NCBI GenBank assembly: GCA_041181065.1
Contig: JBEGQI010000204.1
Span: 1 to 63,455 of the forward strand
Source of the DNA: Verrucomicrobiota bacterium
GTDB lineage: Bacteria; Verrucomicrobiota; Verrucomicrobiia; Limisphaerales; DSYF01
Direction: 5' to 3'
DNA: 63,455 bases
A program made the position numbers and the translations under genes. The notes below the pieces were generated by a model, which was given only the letters and a program-made list of their open reading frames with translations, did not search any database and was not told the DNA's origin. Of the stretch, positions 28,829-39,006 are shown one piece after another (the stretch's first letter is position 1; every line of letters begins with the position of its first letter).

Positions 28829-30406
28829 ATGGTTCCGTGCGTTCTCTTTGAAGACGAACACCTGCTGGTGGTGGACAAGCCCGCCGGCGTGAACACGCAC
28901 GCACCGTCACCCTTCGCAGGTGAAGGCATCTACGATTGGCTGCGTCATCGCGAACCGCGCTGGACTACGCTCGCCATCATCCACCGTCTGGACAAGGAAA
29001 CCAGCGGCGTCATGGTCTTCGGCAAGACCATGCCGGCCAACAAGTCGCTCACAGAACAATTCGCAGGACGTGAAGTCCACAAGCAATACCTGCTGGTGAC
29101 CGACGCCCGCGTGCGCCAGGTCGAATTCACGGTCCAATCAGAGCTGGTGCGCGTAGGCGAAAAATACGCGAGCCGCGCGGGCGGCGAACCGGCGGAGACT
29201 CACTTTCGCGTTATCGAATCCAATCAGGGTCGCACACTCGTCGCCGCTTCACCTCGCACCGGACGCACGCATCAAATTCGCGTGCATGCATCCGAATCGG
29301 GCTTCCCCATTGTCGGCGACGTGCTTTACGGCGGGACCACAGCGGAGCGCGTTCACTTGCACGCGGCGGAGTTGAGTTTCAAACATCCTGTCACGGGTGA
29401 GCGCTGCCAGTTCAAATCACCAAACAACTTTGCGCCACGCGACTCCCGCACGCCGCTGATCGATGCCGATGAAACAAATGCCTGCCGAGTCATCCACGGC
29501 GCGAGCGATGGCTGGCCGGGCTGGTATGTTGAACGCTTGGGAGAATTCCTGCTCTCGCAAGCGGAACTTCCATTGACCGACCCACAGCAGCGAAAGCTGA
29601 AGGAACTCGCCGCAGCGACGGGCGCATTGGGGGCTTACCATAAGACGTTGAATCGGCAGGTGCGCCGGAGCTCAGCAGCGGACGCTTCGCCTCAGAAAGT
29701 TCTGGGCATGTCCGCACCGGAGCGATTCGAGATGCGTGAAAATGGCGTCCGCTTCGAACTCAGTTTCAACGAAGGCTACTCGGTCGGCTTGTTCCTCGAT
29801 CAACGCGACAATCGCCGCCGCTTCCTGACCGGCCATGTTGCAGCACATTTTCCCGCATGGAATTCGCGATCGGAAAGCCATCCGCCGGAAGTGCTGAACA
29901 CCTTCGCCTACACCTGCGGCTTTTCGGTGAGCGCAGCACTTGGAGGCGCACGCGTTACCAGCCTTGACCTGTCGAAAAAGTATCTTGATTGGGGCCGGCG
30001 CAACTTCGCACTCAACGGATTGGACCCGGCGCAGCATGACTTCATCTTCGGTGACACGTTCGACTGGTTCCGACGACTGGCAAAGAAAGGCCGCAAGTTC
30101 GACGCGGTGGTGCTGGACCCGCCGACGTTTTCGCAGTCAAAGGAATCCGGAGTGTTCCGCGCGGAGAAGGATTATGGCCGACTGGTGACCGCTGCGTTGG
30201 GTGTGCTCGCTGCCGACGGCCTGCTGCTCTCCTCCACGAATGCAGCCGAGTGGCCGCCGGAATACTTTGTCGCGACGATCAAAGCTACCGTCACAGCTTC
30301 CGGGCGGCGGGTCGCTCAAGAGCATTTCGTGCCGCAGCCGCTGGATTTTCCAATCACACGCGCCGAGCCTGGCTACTTGAAGACGTTCTGGTTGCGCGTG
30401 AGTTGA
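28829..30406 (+). CDS. Fusion of an RluA-family pseudouridine synthase and an RlmI/RlmK-like SAM methyltransferase
   Basis: N-terminal VDKPAG, HRLDKETSG, TGRTHQIRVH, PIVGDVLY; C-terminal GLFLDQRDNR, VLNTFAYTCGFS, VLDPPTF, YLK. Confidence 0.9.
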   Translation: MVPCVLFEDEHLLVVDKPAGVNTHAPSPFAGEGIYDWLRHREPRWTTLAIIHRLDKETSGVMVFGKTMPANKSLTEQFAGREVHKQYLLVTDARVRQVEFTVQSELVRVGEKYASRAGGEPAETHFRVIESNQGRTLVAASPRTGRTHQIRVHASESGFPIVGDVLYGGTTAERVHLHAAELSFKHPVTGERCQFKSPNNFAPRDSRTPLIDADETNACRVIHGASDGWPGWYVERLGEFLLSQAELPLTDPQQRKLKELAAATGALGAYHKTLNRQVRRSSAADASPQKVLGMSAPERFEMRENGVRFELSFNEGYSVGLFLDQRDNRRRFLTGHVAAHFPAWNSRSESHPPEVLNTFAYTCGFSVSAALGGARVTSLDLSKKYLDWGRRNFALNGLDPAQHDFIFGDTFDWFRRLAKKGRKFDAVVLDPPTFSQSKESGVFRAEKDYGRLVTAALGVLAADGLLLSSTNAAEWPPEYFVATIKATVTASGRRVAQEHFVPQPLDFPITRAEPGYLKTFWLRVS

Positions 30407-30438
30407 AAACAAAAGACCGGCCCCTTGCGAGGCCGGCC
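30406..30438 (-). terminator. Rho-independent terminator of the TonB receptor gene
   Basis: Minus strand GGCCGGCCTC-GCAA-GGGGCCGGTC followed by TTTTGTTTT. Confidence 0.8.
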
Positions 30439-30460
30439 TGCTGGCAAAAGTTCTCTCCGG

Positions 30461-33103
30461 TCAGAACTTCTTGGTGACTTCCAGATAGACGAAGCGACCG
30501 CGCGGATCGTGCGTCACGAAGTCGTAGCCTTCGCTTTCGCCGTCGGAGAACGGCGGTGCCGCGTCCGCCACATTCAGCACACCGACGGTGGCCTTGAATC
30601 CGTGCGGGAATTCGCGGGAGAGCTGCAGATCCACTGTGACCATATCATCCACCGAGGGAGCGGTGGCCTGATAGAGCTGGTCGTAACTGCTGATCCAGTT
30701 CACGGTGACGCCTGCGCCCCAGCTGCCCTTCTCCCAGAAGAGGCTGCCCACGCCGCGCCACTCTGGATACTGATAGGTTCCGCGATACTCGGTGAACGGC
30801 TCGCCTTGCGCCGTTTGATCTTTCCAACTGTAGAGCCAAGTGAAGTCACCCGTGAAGGTGAATTGACCAAGGTCCGTCGGCCGAACATAGGTGCCGCCAA
30901 AGTCGATGAATTGGACTTTGCGCGCGCCTAAGTTGGCCCAGGTGTTGGTCAGTGTGCTGATCTCGTGGGTGTTCGGGTCGCGGACCACGTTGTTGGGGAA
31001 GTTCTGCAACACATAGTAAGGATCGTAATCGGCGATGGCACTCTTCTGATGGATATAGCCCCAATCAATGGAAAGGGTCAGGCCCGGAACCTTCTTGGGT
31101 TCGTAGACGATACCCGCGCTCCAGTTGTCGGAGGTTTCCGGTTCGAGAGTCGGATTGCCGGAGTTGATGACGCGGTATTCGTGGGGTTGGTTGTAATACG
31201 GCGACGCCGGATCCTGGTCATCAATGAACTCAAGGAACGAGGTGGATTGGCCAAGGTAGAGCTCTTGCAACGACGGCGCACGGAAGCCCTGACCGTATGA
31301 ACCGCGCAGAACGATCTCTTCTGTGGGGCGATACTTCAGACCAATTTTTGGAGTCCAATGGGTGCCAAAGTCGCTGTAATGGTCCATGCGACCCGCGAGT
31401 TGCAGATCGAGGCTGTGTATGAGTTTACTTTCGTTGTCCCGGCCGACCAGTGGAATGGCAAGTTCAACAAAGGCGGCGCCCGCCTCGCGCGAACCAGCAC
31501 CTGAAGAGGCGCCCAAAGATACGACGTGCTCAGAAGCGCTGATAGGATCGGACTGGTCGTTGTAGCGTTCACGACGACCGTCAACACCGAGTGCAACCAT
31601 CAAGTCTCCGCCAGGCATCTTGAAGAGCGGGCCGTTCGCCTTGACGTCGCCGTAGAGCAGTTCGGTCTCGCCACGCCGCCAAGTCTCGGTCTTCAAGCTC
31701 TCGATTAGCGCGACGCTGTTACCGCCAGGGACTGCTGGAGCGAAGATGTTTAGCGCGGTGGCTGGATCGGTGCTATTCAGCGCCGCTTGAACCGCGTCTG
31801 CATTCAAGTAATTGCGGCCGTGATCTTCGGTGACGACTTTGTTGTAGAGGAAAGTCGTCTCCGCTTCCCAATCGTGGGTCATGTGGAACTTAAGCCCAGG
31901 AGAGAACCGGACGGCATCCGTGTTGATGTCATTGATGCGCGGACCTGCCTCAAGCAGACGGCGACGGAAGGTGACGTCCACTCCAAAGGGGTTATAGGGA
32001 TTGCTGGCAGGAACGATGAACAATGTGTTGCCAGGATAGCCGAAAAGATTCGGCGGCTGGTCACCGCTCATCGGCGTGGGGGCCTGCTGACTGTGCGTCC
32101 AAGCATTACGGAAGGAGGCCTCCATCTCCAAATCCACCCAGTCTTCCAGTTTGCGGGTGACCGTGCCCATGAACCCCCAGCGAGTCGTCTCGGGAACCAT
32201 GGAGATGTAGGGGTTGTAGTCGAAGTAATTTCCAGTGATGTCATCGGAGAACGTGCCGTCGGCATTCACCTGCGCGACGCCGCTCGGAAAGGTGCCGTAA
32301 CTGCCGCCATTCAGCGGGTCAAAGTTCGGCGTGAAAATCCAGGCCGGGTATGGCCCAAGGCTGCTGCTGAAATCGTAGCCGCCCTGGCTCTCGTGGTTCG
32401 CACTGCGCGAATACGATCGGTCACGGAGGAAGATCGCCTCGCGATGATAGTAATCCGCCGAGAACAAGGCGCTGGTTTTCTCATCCTTCATGCCAGTGAC
32501 GACACTGTAGGATTGTTCAAATGCATCCTTGTCCGTGGTGTTGCCAAAACGGGCGGTGATCTCCGTCCCGCTATAGTCTTTCTTCAGGATAATGTTCACA
32601 ACGCCAGCAATGGCATCCGACCCATAAATCGCCGACGCGCCATCCTTCAGAACTTCGATACGTTCGACCGCAGCCGTCGGGAGCGTGTTCAGGTCCACGA
32701 AGGCGTCGGAGATGTTCTCGCCGAAGCCATACGGTGCCAAGCGATGGCCATTCAATAGGACCAGAGTGGCCTTGGAGCCCAAACCGCGCAACGATATGGC
32801 GGCCGAACCTGGGGCAAAACCGTTCTGGAACTTGTCATCCAGCGACGCTGTGTTTTGCGGCAGCTTGCGCAACACCTCCGTCACGGTCGCCGCACCCTGC
32901 TTCTGGATGTCGTCAGCCGTGATGGTCTTCACCGGCGAAGGGCCGACCGCTTCCACTGTGGGAATCATCGAGCCGGTCACGACGACGCGCGGGATTTCCG
33001 TGGGCTTGTTGGTGGATTGCAAATCGGTCGTAGGTGTTTGGGCGATGACAGACGCACCGACCGCTAGGTGCGCTACCCATCCGAGCAGCATTTTTTTACT
33101 CAT
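30461..33103 (-). CDS. TonB-dependent outer-membrane receptor
   Basis: VVVTGS TonB box, LRGLG...LLNGHR, ERIEVLKDGASAIYGSDAIAGVVNII, GFRAPSL, C-terminal Phe. Confidence 0.95.
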   Translation of the reverse strand: MSKKMLLGWVAHLAVGASVIAQTPTTDLQSTNKPTEIPRVVVTGSMIPTVEAVGPSPVKTITADDIQKQGAATVTEVLRKLPQNTASLDDKFQNGFAPGSAAISLRGLGSKATLVLLNGHRLAPYGFGENISDAFVDLNTLPTAAVERIEVLKDGASAIYGSDAIAGVVNIILKKDYSGTEITARFGNTTDKDAFEQSYSVVTGMKDEKTSALFSADYYHREAIFLRDRSYSRSANHESQGGYDFSSSLGPYPAWIFTPNFDPLNGGSYGTFPSGVAQVNADGTFSDDITGNYFDYNPYISMVPETTRWGFMGTVTRKLEDWVDLEMEASFRNAWTHSQQAPTPMSGDQPPNLFGYPGNTLFIVPASNPYNPFGVDVTFRRRLLEAGPRINDINTDAVRFSPGLKFHMTHDWEAETTFLYNKVVTEDHGRNYLNADAVQAALNSTDPATALNIFAPAVPGGNSVALIESLKTETWRRGETELLYGDVKANGPLFKMPGGDLMVALGVDGRRERYNDQSDPISASEHVVSLGASSGAGSREAGAAFVELAIPLVGRDNESKLIHSLDLQLAGRMDHYSDFGTHWTPKIGLKYRPTEEIVLRGSYGQGFRAPSLQELYLGQSTSFLEFIDDQDPASPYYNQPHEYRVINSGNPTLEPETSDNWSAGIVYEPKKVPGLTLSIDWGYIHQKSAIADYDPYYVLQNFPNNVVRDPNTHEISTLTNTWANLGARKVQFIDFGGTYVRPTDLGQFTFTGDFTWLYSWKDQTAQGEPFTEYRGTYQYPEWRGVGSLFWEKGSWGAGVTVNWISSYDQLYQATAPSVDDMVTVDLQLSREFPHGFKATVGVLNVADAAPPFSDGESEGYDFVTHDPRGRFVYLEVTKKF

Positions 33104-33226
33104 AGACTAACTTTGGTTTTTGAAGGTGAGCCCCGAACTTCTGATTTTCCTAGGCCCATGTCATATCAATTAGAACCCGCGCAAGTTGTCGGCAAGTATT
33201 TTTTTTACCTAATACCGGAAATCGGG

Positions 33227-33254
33227 TTGCACACTTCCGTGAGACGCATAGCTT
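33227..33254 (+). promoter_or_regulatory. Putative sigma-70 promoter for tonB-exbBD
   Basis: TTGCAC-16 nt-TAGCTT in an AT-rich divergent intergenic region. Confidence 0.35.
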
Positions 33255-33376
33255 GGATATGCCTCGTTCTCAGAAGCAGAGTCGGGTCAGTCAGAAACAA
33301 TGCACAACAAGAGTGCGCCGTCCTCAGGGTGTTGCCGGTGGCAAACCGGAACGCTTCAAGCCATGGCTTTTCCCCG

Positions 33377-34108
33377 ATGAGTTCCCTTGATCCAAACAGC
33401 GCAACGTTGAACGCCCAAGACACGGGGAATGAACTCGTCCTGCGCGACGACCTCGCTCGCCTCTGTCTGCCCTCCGAATATCGCGATTCCAATCGCATAC
33501 TCGCGTGGACCAATTCCATCTGCGCCCTGTTCCTGGCCATCGGCGCCGTGGGATTGAAGTCACCGCGCGTGCATGTCCGGGAAATTGCGAAAGCAGAAGA
33601 CGTGGTGCCCGTCATTTTCAACCAACCGGAAGAACCGCAACCCGCTCCGCCGGAACAGAAGCAGGACGAACCGCCCCCCGCAAGTCCACTCGAAGACACG
33701 CCAGTCGTCGCCACGGTCGTGGCTATCAATTCACCTGCCGTTGCCTTCGCCGTGCCAGTGAAGGGCCCCGTGATCCTCGCCCCCGCGAGATTTGCCGACC
33801 CCGCACCAGCCAAGAGCAGTGGAGACCAAGCCGTCCGGCGCGCCACCCGCTTCAATCCCACCGCCGGGGACCGCAGCACGCCACAGCCTGAGTATCCGCG
33901 TCTGGCGCTGATGCGCGGTTACGAAGGCAAGGTGACCGTCAATTTCACCGTGGAACCTTCCGGAACCGTCACCAAGGTGGAACTGGCACAAAGCTCCGGG
34001 TTCAGCGTGCTTGATGAAGCAGCGCTCGGCACAATCCGAAATCGCTGGCGGTTCGCTCCCGGTGAACTCCGTTACCATTACGTCGAGATCGTTTTTCAAC
34101 TGAAGTAA
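33377..34108 (+). CDS. tonB: Energy transducer TonB
   Basis: TM helix, Pro/Glu linker, PEYP..A...GYEG.V, SSG..VLD.AA, WRF.P. Confidence 0.88.
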   Translation: MSSLDPNSATLNAQDTGNELVLRDDLARLCLPSEYRDSNRILAWTNSICALFLAIGAVGLKSPRVHVREIAKAEDVVPVIFNQPEEPQPAPPEQKQDEPPPASPLEDTPVVATVVAINSPAVAFAVPVKGPVILAPARFADPAPAKSSGDQAVRRATRFNPTAGDRSTPQPEYPRLALMRGYEGKVTVNFTVEPSGTVTKVELAQSSGFSVLDEAALGTIRNRWRFAPGELRYHYVEIVFQLK

Positions 34109-34153
34109 ACCCGGCCGCATACGACAGCCTACAGAACAAACCCAGAACACAAC

Positions 34154-34807
34154 ATGCTCGCAAACATCCTCATCAAATACTTCGAAGCTGGCGGCCCCAT
34201 CATGTGGCCCATCCTCATCACTGGCATCGCCGCCGTCGCCGTCGTCGGCGAACGCGTCTTCTGGTGGAGCCGCGAAAGCAAACGCCGCGACCCCGGCACG
34301 CTCGAAAAAGTTTTTGCTGCCATTGAAGTCGGTGATTTCCGGAAAGCCGGCGAATTCTGCAAAGACTCCACCGACCCGATCATCCGCATGATCTGGCACG
34401 GCATGAACCACCATCACTCCTCGCTCCAAGGCGCGCTGCAAGTCGCCGCCGGCGCGGAACTCCAGAAAGCCGGACGCTTCCTCGTCGTCATGGACACCCT
34501 CGTCACCCTTGCGCCCTTGCTCGGTTTGCTCGGCACCGTGTCCGGCATTTTCCGCACCTTCATCGCCCTTGGCAGCCAGAGCGTCGAAGGCGCCATGGGC
34601 TCCATCACCGGCGGCATCGGCGAAGCGCTCATCGCAACCATGTGCGGTCTCGGCATTGCCATCCTCGCGCTCATCCCGTTCAACTACTTCACCCAACGTT
34701 GCGCCCGGCTCCAATTCGAACTCGAATCCGCCGCCACCAACGTCGAGGTCATGGTCGCCGCGGCCAAGAACCGCGGCTTCGAGACGCAAGAATTCCGCCG
34801 GCCCTGA
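34154..34807 (+). CDS. exbB: ExbB proton channel
   Basis: GGPIMWPI, APLLGLLGTVSGI, GIGEALIAT..GL. Confidence 0.9.
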   Translation: MLANILIKYFEAGGPIMWPILITGIAAVAVVGERVFWWSRESKRRDPGTLEKVFAAIEVGDFRKAGEFCKDSTDPIIRMIWHGMNHHHSSLQGALQVAAGAELQKAGRFLVVMDTLVTLAPLLGLLGTVSGIFRTFIALGSQSVEGAMGSITGGIGEALIATMCGLGIAILALIPFNYFTQRCARLQFELESAATNVEVMVAAAKNRGFETQEFRRP

Positions 34808-34825
34808 ACCCCCGCAAGGCCTCCC

Positions 34826-35248
34826 ATGAAAATCGGCTCACCGCTCCCGCACAAAAAAGCGCGCATCGAGATCATCCCGCTCATCGACATCATGTTCTTC
34901 CTGCTCGCCTCCTTCATGATGGCGAGCCTGACAATGATCAAGATGCAGTCCATCAAGATGGATCTCCCCACCGCCACCGCCGCCACCCGCGACTTCAAGC
35001 CCGACATCATCAACATCGACGTGGACCCGCATGGGGAAATCTTCGTGGAAAAAAAACAGTTCAACGTCGTCGAACTGCACAGCTACCTCTCGAACAAATA
35101 CCATCTGAACACCAACGTCCCCGTTTACATCAGCGGCGACAAAGATGCCAAACACGGCGCCATCATCCGCGTGCTCGACATCGTCCGGCGGGAAGGCATC
35201 CAGAAAGTGAGCTTCGCCATCAACCCCGCGCCCGCGAAGCAGGAGTAA
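34826..35248 (+). CDS. exbD: ExbD
   Basis: IEIIPLIDIMFFLL, ISGD. Confidence 0.9.
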   Translation: MKIGSPLPHKKARIEIIPLIDIMFFLLASFMMASLTMIKMQSIKMDLPTATAATRDFKPDIINIDVDPHGEIFVEKKQFNVVELHSYLSNKYHLNTNVPVYISGDKDAKHGAIIRVLDIVRREGIQKVSFAINPAPAKQE

Positions 35249-35263
35249 GGCGCGCGGCGGGCT

Positions 35264-35839
35264 TCAACCACGCCAGCCCCAGCGCCATTGCAGATGCGAC
35301 TGGGGGCCGGGCTTGCTGTTGTTGGTGGCGCGCTTGTTCAATTGCTCCTGCTGCTCGTTCCACTTCTTCACGAGGTCGTTGTAATCCGTCACCGTCTTGT
35401 TGAGTCGTTCCACGATCTCGTTGCGCTCAACCGCCAGCTTCTTCATCTCCTCGTTCTGCGCTTTGATGCTCTCGTTCTGCTTGGCGATGCTGTCGTTCGC
35501 GGTCTCGAGCGCGGCTTTGTAGTTCTCAACCTGTTTGCTCATCAGCTCGAACTGCTGGTCGTTCTTCTGCAACTGCACCTTGAGCCGCGCGACCTCGGCC
35601 TTGTTCGTCTTGAGTTCGGTCGTGACCTCGTTCTTCAATCCGTCGATGCGCACGACCTCCGCCTCGAGCCGCTTCACGGATGCATCCAGGTTCTGTGAGG
35701 TCTCGCGCTGCTTCTGGAGATCGTCGGTCAGGACTTGGATGTCCGTGCGCAACTTCGCTTCACGATGCCATTGGAATGCGACCAGCCCGCACAGCGCCAG
35801 CGCGAAGAAGATGAGGAGGTTCTGCAAAAAGTTCTTCAT
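35264..35839 (-). CDS. Membrane-anchored coiled-coil hypothetical protein
   Basis: N-terminal hydrophobic helix, then a heptad-rich Q/K/E/N segment. Confidence 0.8.
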   Translation of the reverse strand: MKNFLQNLLIFFALALCGLVAFQWHREAKLRTDIQVLTDDLQKQRETSQNLDASVKRLEAEVVRIDGLKNEVTTELKTNKAEVARLKVQLQKNDQQFELMSKQVENYKAALETANDSIAKQNESIKAQNEEMKKLAVERNEIVERLNKTVTDYNDLVKKWNEQQEQLNKRATNNSKPGPQSHLQWRWGWRG

Positions 35840-35902
35840 GCAGGTGAATCAGTCGCAACTTCAGGGCAACATGTCAATGCCGGGCGCTGCGCGCCTGCCG
35901 CA

Positions 35903-37684
35903 TCAAAGGCCCTCGGGGAAAATCTCCGGCGCCGCACCGTGCGCCAGATTCATGCAAGCCTGCAGGATCTCCGCAGAGAATTCGCAACCCAGCGCAAACT
36001 CTGCCAACGCCCGCGCCTCGCTAATCTTTAGCCGACGGATGAGGAACTTGATCTGCGGCACAATCGGCGGCGCAACACTGAGTTCGTCCACCCCCAGCCC
36101 GAGCAGCAACGGCACCAACACCGGGTCGCCAGCCATCTCGCCACACACGCCGACCCAGTTGCCAGCCTGATGGGCCGCATCGACTGAGAGTTTGATCAAA
36201 CGCACGATGGCCGGGTGCGTTGGCTCGTAGAGGTGGGCGATCTTTTCGTTCGTGCGATCCACCGCCAGCGAATACTGGATGAGGTCATTCGTGCCCAAGC
36301 TGAAAAACTTGGTGTGCCGCGCGAGGGTGTCAGCGATCATCACCGCTGACGGCACCTCGATCATGATGCCGACCTCAAGATTCTCGTCGAACGGCAGCTT
36401 CTCCGCGCGCAACTGCGCCTTGCATTCTTCCAGCAACGCGCGAGCGCCAATCAGTTCGTCGAGGCCGGAGATCATCGGGAACATCATCTTCACATTGCCC
36501 TGGGCGCTGGCGCGCAGGATGGCGCGAAGTTGCGTGCGGAACAGATCGCGTTCCTCCAGACAGAACCGGATCGCCCGCCAGCCCATGAACGGATTCATCT
36601 CATTGGGCACATCGATCTTCGAACGGAACTTGTCACCGCCCAAGTCGAGCGTGCGAATGACCACGGGATCAGGCTTCAGCGCCTCGGCCACGGCCTTGTA
36701 AGATTCGTATTGTTCCTGTTCGCTCGGCACGCTCTCGTGATTGATGAACAGGTATTCGGTGCGGAACAACCCCACGCCCTCGGCGCCCCCTTCACGGATG
36801 GACGCTGAATCGTCGGCATGCTCGATGTTGCCGGAAAGTGTGACGCGATGGCCGTCGAGCGTGATGGCGGGTTTGGCAAGCGTTTCGCGCAGCTTCTCAT
36901 CCAGCGACCGCTGCCGTCGCGCCAGCTGACCGTATTGGTAAAGGGTCGCGTCGGTCGGATTGACGATGAGCAGACCGTTGACGCCGTCGATGAGAACATA
37001 ATCGCCCGCTCGCAGTTCGGTGGTGATCGTCTTGAGCCCGACGACCGCCGGAATCTTCATCGAGCGCGCCATGATCGCCGTATGCGAGGTGCGGCTGCCG
37101 ACATCTGTAGCGAAACCGAGCACCTTGTCCCGATCCAGCTGCGCCGTCTGGGAAGGGGCCAGATCGTGCGCCACGATGATGCACGGTTCCTTCAACTTGC
37201 GCAGCATGTCGCCATCGTCACCCGCACCGGCAAGATTGTTCAATACCCGCGTGGCAATGTCCCGGATGTCCGCCGCACGCTCCCGAAGATAATCATCATC
37301 CACCGCCGCCAGCGACGCCGCGTAACGTTCGGAGACATTATGATAGGCGAACTCGGCGTTGACCTTCTCATTCTGGATGGCGCGCAACACCTCGTTGTTC
37401 ACTTCGGGATCATCCAGCACCAGCAGGTGCGCCTCAAAGATGCTCGCGTGATCGGAACCGGACTTGCCGGCAACGCGACGCTGCAATTCGTTCAACTGCT
37501 GACGCGTCACCACGAGCGCCTGTTTGAAGCGCAACACCTCGGCGGCGATCGCCGATTCAGAAAGGTTGTGGCGGGCGGCAGAGACCTGCGATTTTCCCAA
37601 CACCACGACACGCCCTTGGCTGACGCCGGGGGAAACGGCGACACCTTGAAAGCTTCTCTCGCTGGATGCGGGAACGGCTGACAT
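35903..37684 (-). CDS. ptsI: PTS enzyme I (PEP-protein phosphotransferase)
   Basis: GSRTSHTAIMAR, GVGLFRTEY, RTLDLGGDK, GTNDLIQY, GVCGEMAGD. Confidence 0.95.
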   Translation of the reverse strand: MSAVPASSERSFQGVAVSPGVSQGRVVVLGKSQVSAARHNLSESAIAAEVLRFKQALVVTRQQLNELQRRVAGKSGSDHASIFEAHLLVLDDPEVNNEVLRAIQNEKVNAEFAYHNVSERYAASLAAVDDDYLRERAADIRDIATRVLNNLAGAGDDGDMLRKLKEPCIIVAHDLAPSQTAQLDRDKVLGFATDVGSRTSHTAIMARSMKIPAVVGLKTITTELRAGDYVLIDGVNGLLIVNPTDATLYQYGQLARRQRSLDEKLRETLAKPAITLDGHRVTLSGNIEHADDSASIREGGAEGVGLFRTEYLFINHESVPSEQEQYESYKAVAEALKPDPVVIRTLDLGGDKFRSKIDVPNEMNPFMGWRAIRFCLEERDLFRTQLRAILRASAQGNVKMMFPMISGLDELIGARALLEECKAQLRAEKLPFDENLEVGIMIEVPSAVMIADTLARHTKFFSLGTNDLIQYSLAVDRTNEKIAHLYEPTHPAIVRLIKLSVDAAHQAGNWVGVCGEMAGDPVLVPLLLGLGVDELSVAPPIVPQIKFLIRRLKISEARALAEFALGCEFSAEILQACMNLAHGAAPEIFPEGL

Positions 37685-37790
37685 CAACGACAGCATTGCG
37701 GATTCGCAGACGACTTGGAAAGCATTTCTTCCAATCCGGCCGCCCGTTTTCTCCTTTTGCCGGTTTTCGCCCGTTGGCAACATCCCGCCC

Positions 37791-38399
37791 ATGGGCATTT
37801 CGCTGCAACAATTCGAGCAGATGAAAGCGCGCGTGAGTTCGCCGCAACGCGCCAGCAAGCCCGTTTCCACATCGGCCGAACGTCTCGCCCCGACGGTCAG
37901 CACCGTGATCCTCGGCATCGACCCTTCGCTGCGCGGGACCGGCTTCGGCGTCATCCGTTGCAACAAGGCGCAGGTTGAACTGCTCACCTGCGGCACCATC
38001 AGCTGCCCGCCAGCGTGGGAAAAATCCCGTTGCCTCGCGAAGATTTCCCGCACGCTGCGCGACGTGCTCCAGTCGCATCCGCCGGAAACCTGCGTGGTGG
38101 AAGGTTTGTTCTTCGCCCAGAATCTCAAGACCGCCATCATCATGGGTGAAGCTCGCGGGGCCGCGCTCGCCGCCGTGGCCGAAGCGGGCGTAGAAATCTT
38201 CGAACTCGCCCCGCGCAAAGTGAAACAAGCCATCGTCGGCTACGGCGCCGCCCAAAAACTCGCCGTCGCCAAGATGGTGCAACGCATGTTGAACCTCGCC
38301 GAACCGCCCGCGCCCGACGCCGCCGACGCACTCGCGCTCGCGCTCGCCCACGCGCAGAGCCGCAGCCGGTTCAACGTCACTGCGCCCAAACGAATTTAG
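37791..38399 (+). CDS. ruvC: Holliday junction resolvase RuvC
   Basis: ILGIDP, VEGLFF, GEARG, VKQAIVGYG.A.K, DAADALA; short N-terminal extension. Confidence 0.95.
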   Translation: MGISLQQFEQMKARVSSPQRASKPVSTSAERLAPTVSTVILGIDPSLRGTGFGVIRCNKAQVELLTCGTISCPPAWEKSRCLAKISRTLRDVLQSHPPETCVVEGLFFAQNLKTAIIMGEARGAALAAVAEAGVEIFELAPRKVKQAIVGYGAAQKLAVAKMVQRMLNLAEPPAPDAADALALALAHAQSRSRFNVTAPKRI

Positions 38400-38401
38400 T
38401 C

Positions 38402-39004
38402 ATGATCACCTTTCTCAAAGGCAAACTCGTCGAAGCCCTGCCCACGCAGGCCATCGTCGATGTCCACGGCGTCGGCTATGAAGTCCTCCTGCCGTTGTCC
38501 TCCTTCGACAAACTGCCCGCGCCCGGCAACGACGTGTTGATCCTCACGCACCTTGCCGTCCGCGAGGATGCCCATGTGCTCTACGGATTCATGACCGCTG
38601 CCGAACGTGATTTGTTCCGCCTGCTCATCAACACCGTCAGCGGTATCGGCCCCAAGATCGCGCTCAATGTGCTCAGCGGCATGAACGTCACCGCCTTCCG
38701 CGGCGCAGTGGCCAGCGGCGATGTGAAATCGCTCTCACAGATCTCCGGTGTCGGGCGCAAGACCGCGGAACGCATCGTCGTTGAACTCAAGGACAAGATC
38801 GGTGCCGCGGGCGCACTCGAGGCCGCCAGCGACAAACGCACGCTCAGTTCCGCGGACCAAAAGCTCAACGACGCCGTCCTGGCCTTGATGGCGCTCGGGT
38901 TCAAACAGCCGGACGCGCACGATGCCGTGCGCGGCGCGCTGGCTGTGCTCGGCGAGGACGCAACCGTGGAAAGCCTTGTGCGCGCCTGTCTCAAGAAGGG
39001 CTGA
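38402..39004 (+). CDS. ruvA: Holliday junction branch migration protein RuvA
   Basis: VHGVGYEV, VREDA..LYGF, VSGIGPK, GVGRKTAERIVVELK. Confidence 0.97.
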   Translation: MITFLKGKLVEALPTQAIVDVHGVGYEVLLPLSSFDKLPAPGNDVLILTHLAVREDAHVLYGFMTAAERDLFRLLINTVSGIGPKIALNVLSGMNVTAFRGAVASGDVKSLSQISGVGRKTAERIVVELKDKIGAAGALEAASDKRTLSSADQKLNDAVLALMALGFKQPDAHDAVRGALAVLGEDATVESLVRACLKKG

Positions 39005-39006
39005 CG

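Noticed and set aside
33104..33376. Cobalamin/TPP riboswitch or Fur box upstream of the TonB receptor
   Set aside because: Hallmark motifs not found on either strand by eye
35903..38233. N-terminal extensions in the ORF track for PtsI (776 aa), and likewise GH35, RecF, CarA and the GHMP kinase
   Set aside because: The extensions overlap divergent genes or promoters; family homology begins at the downstream starts used here
37791..39004. ruvB missing after ruvC-ruvA
   Set aside because: ruvB is often unlinked; nothing here suggests loss
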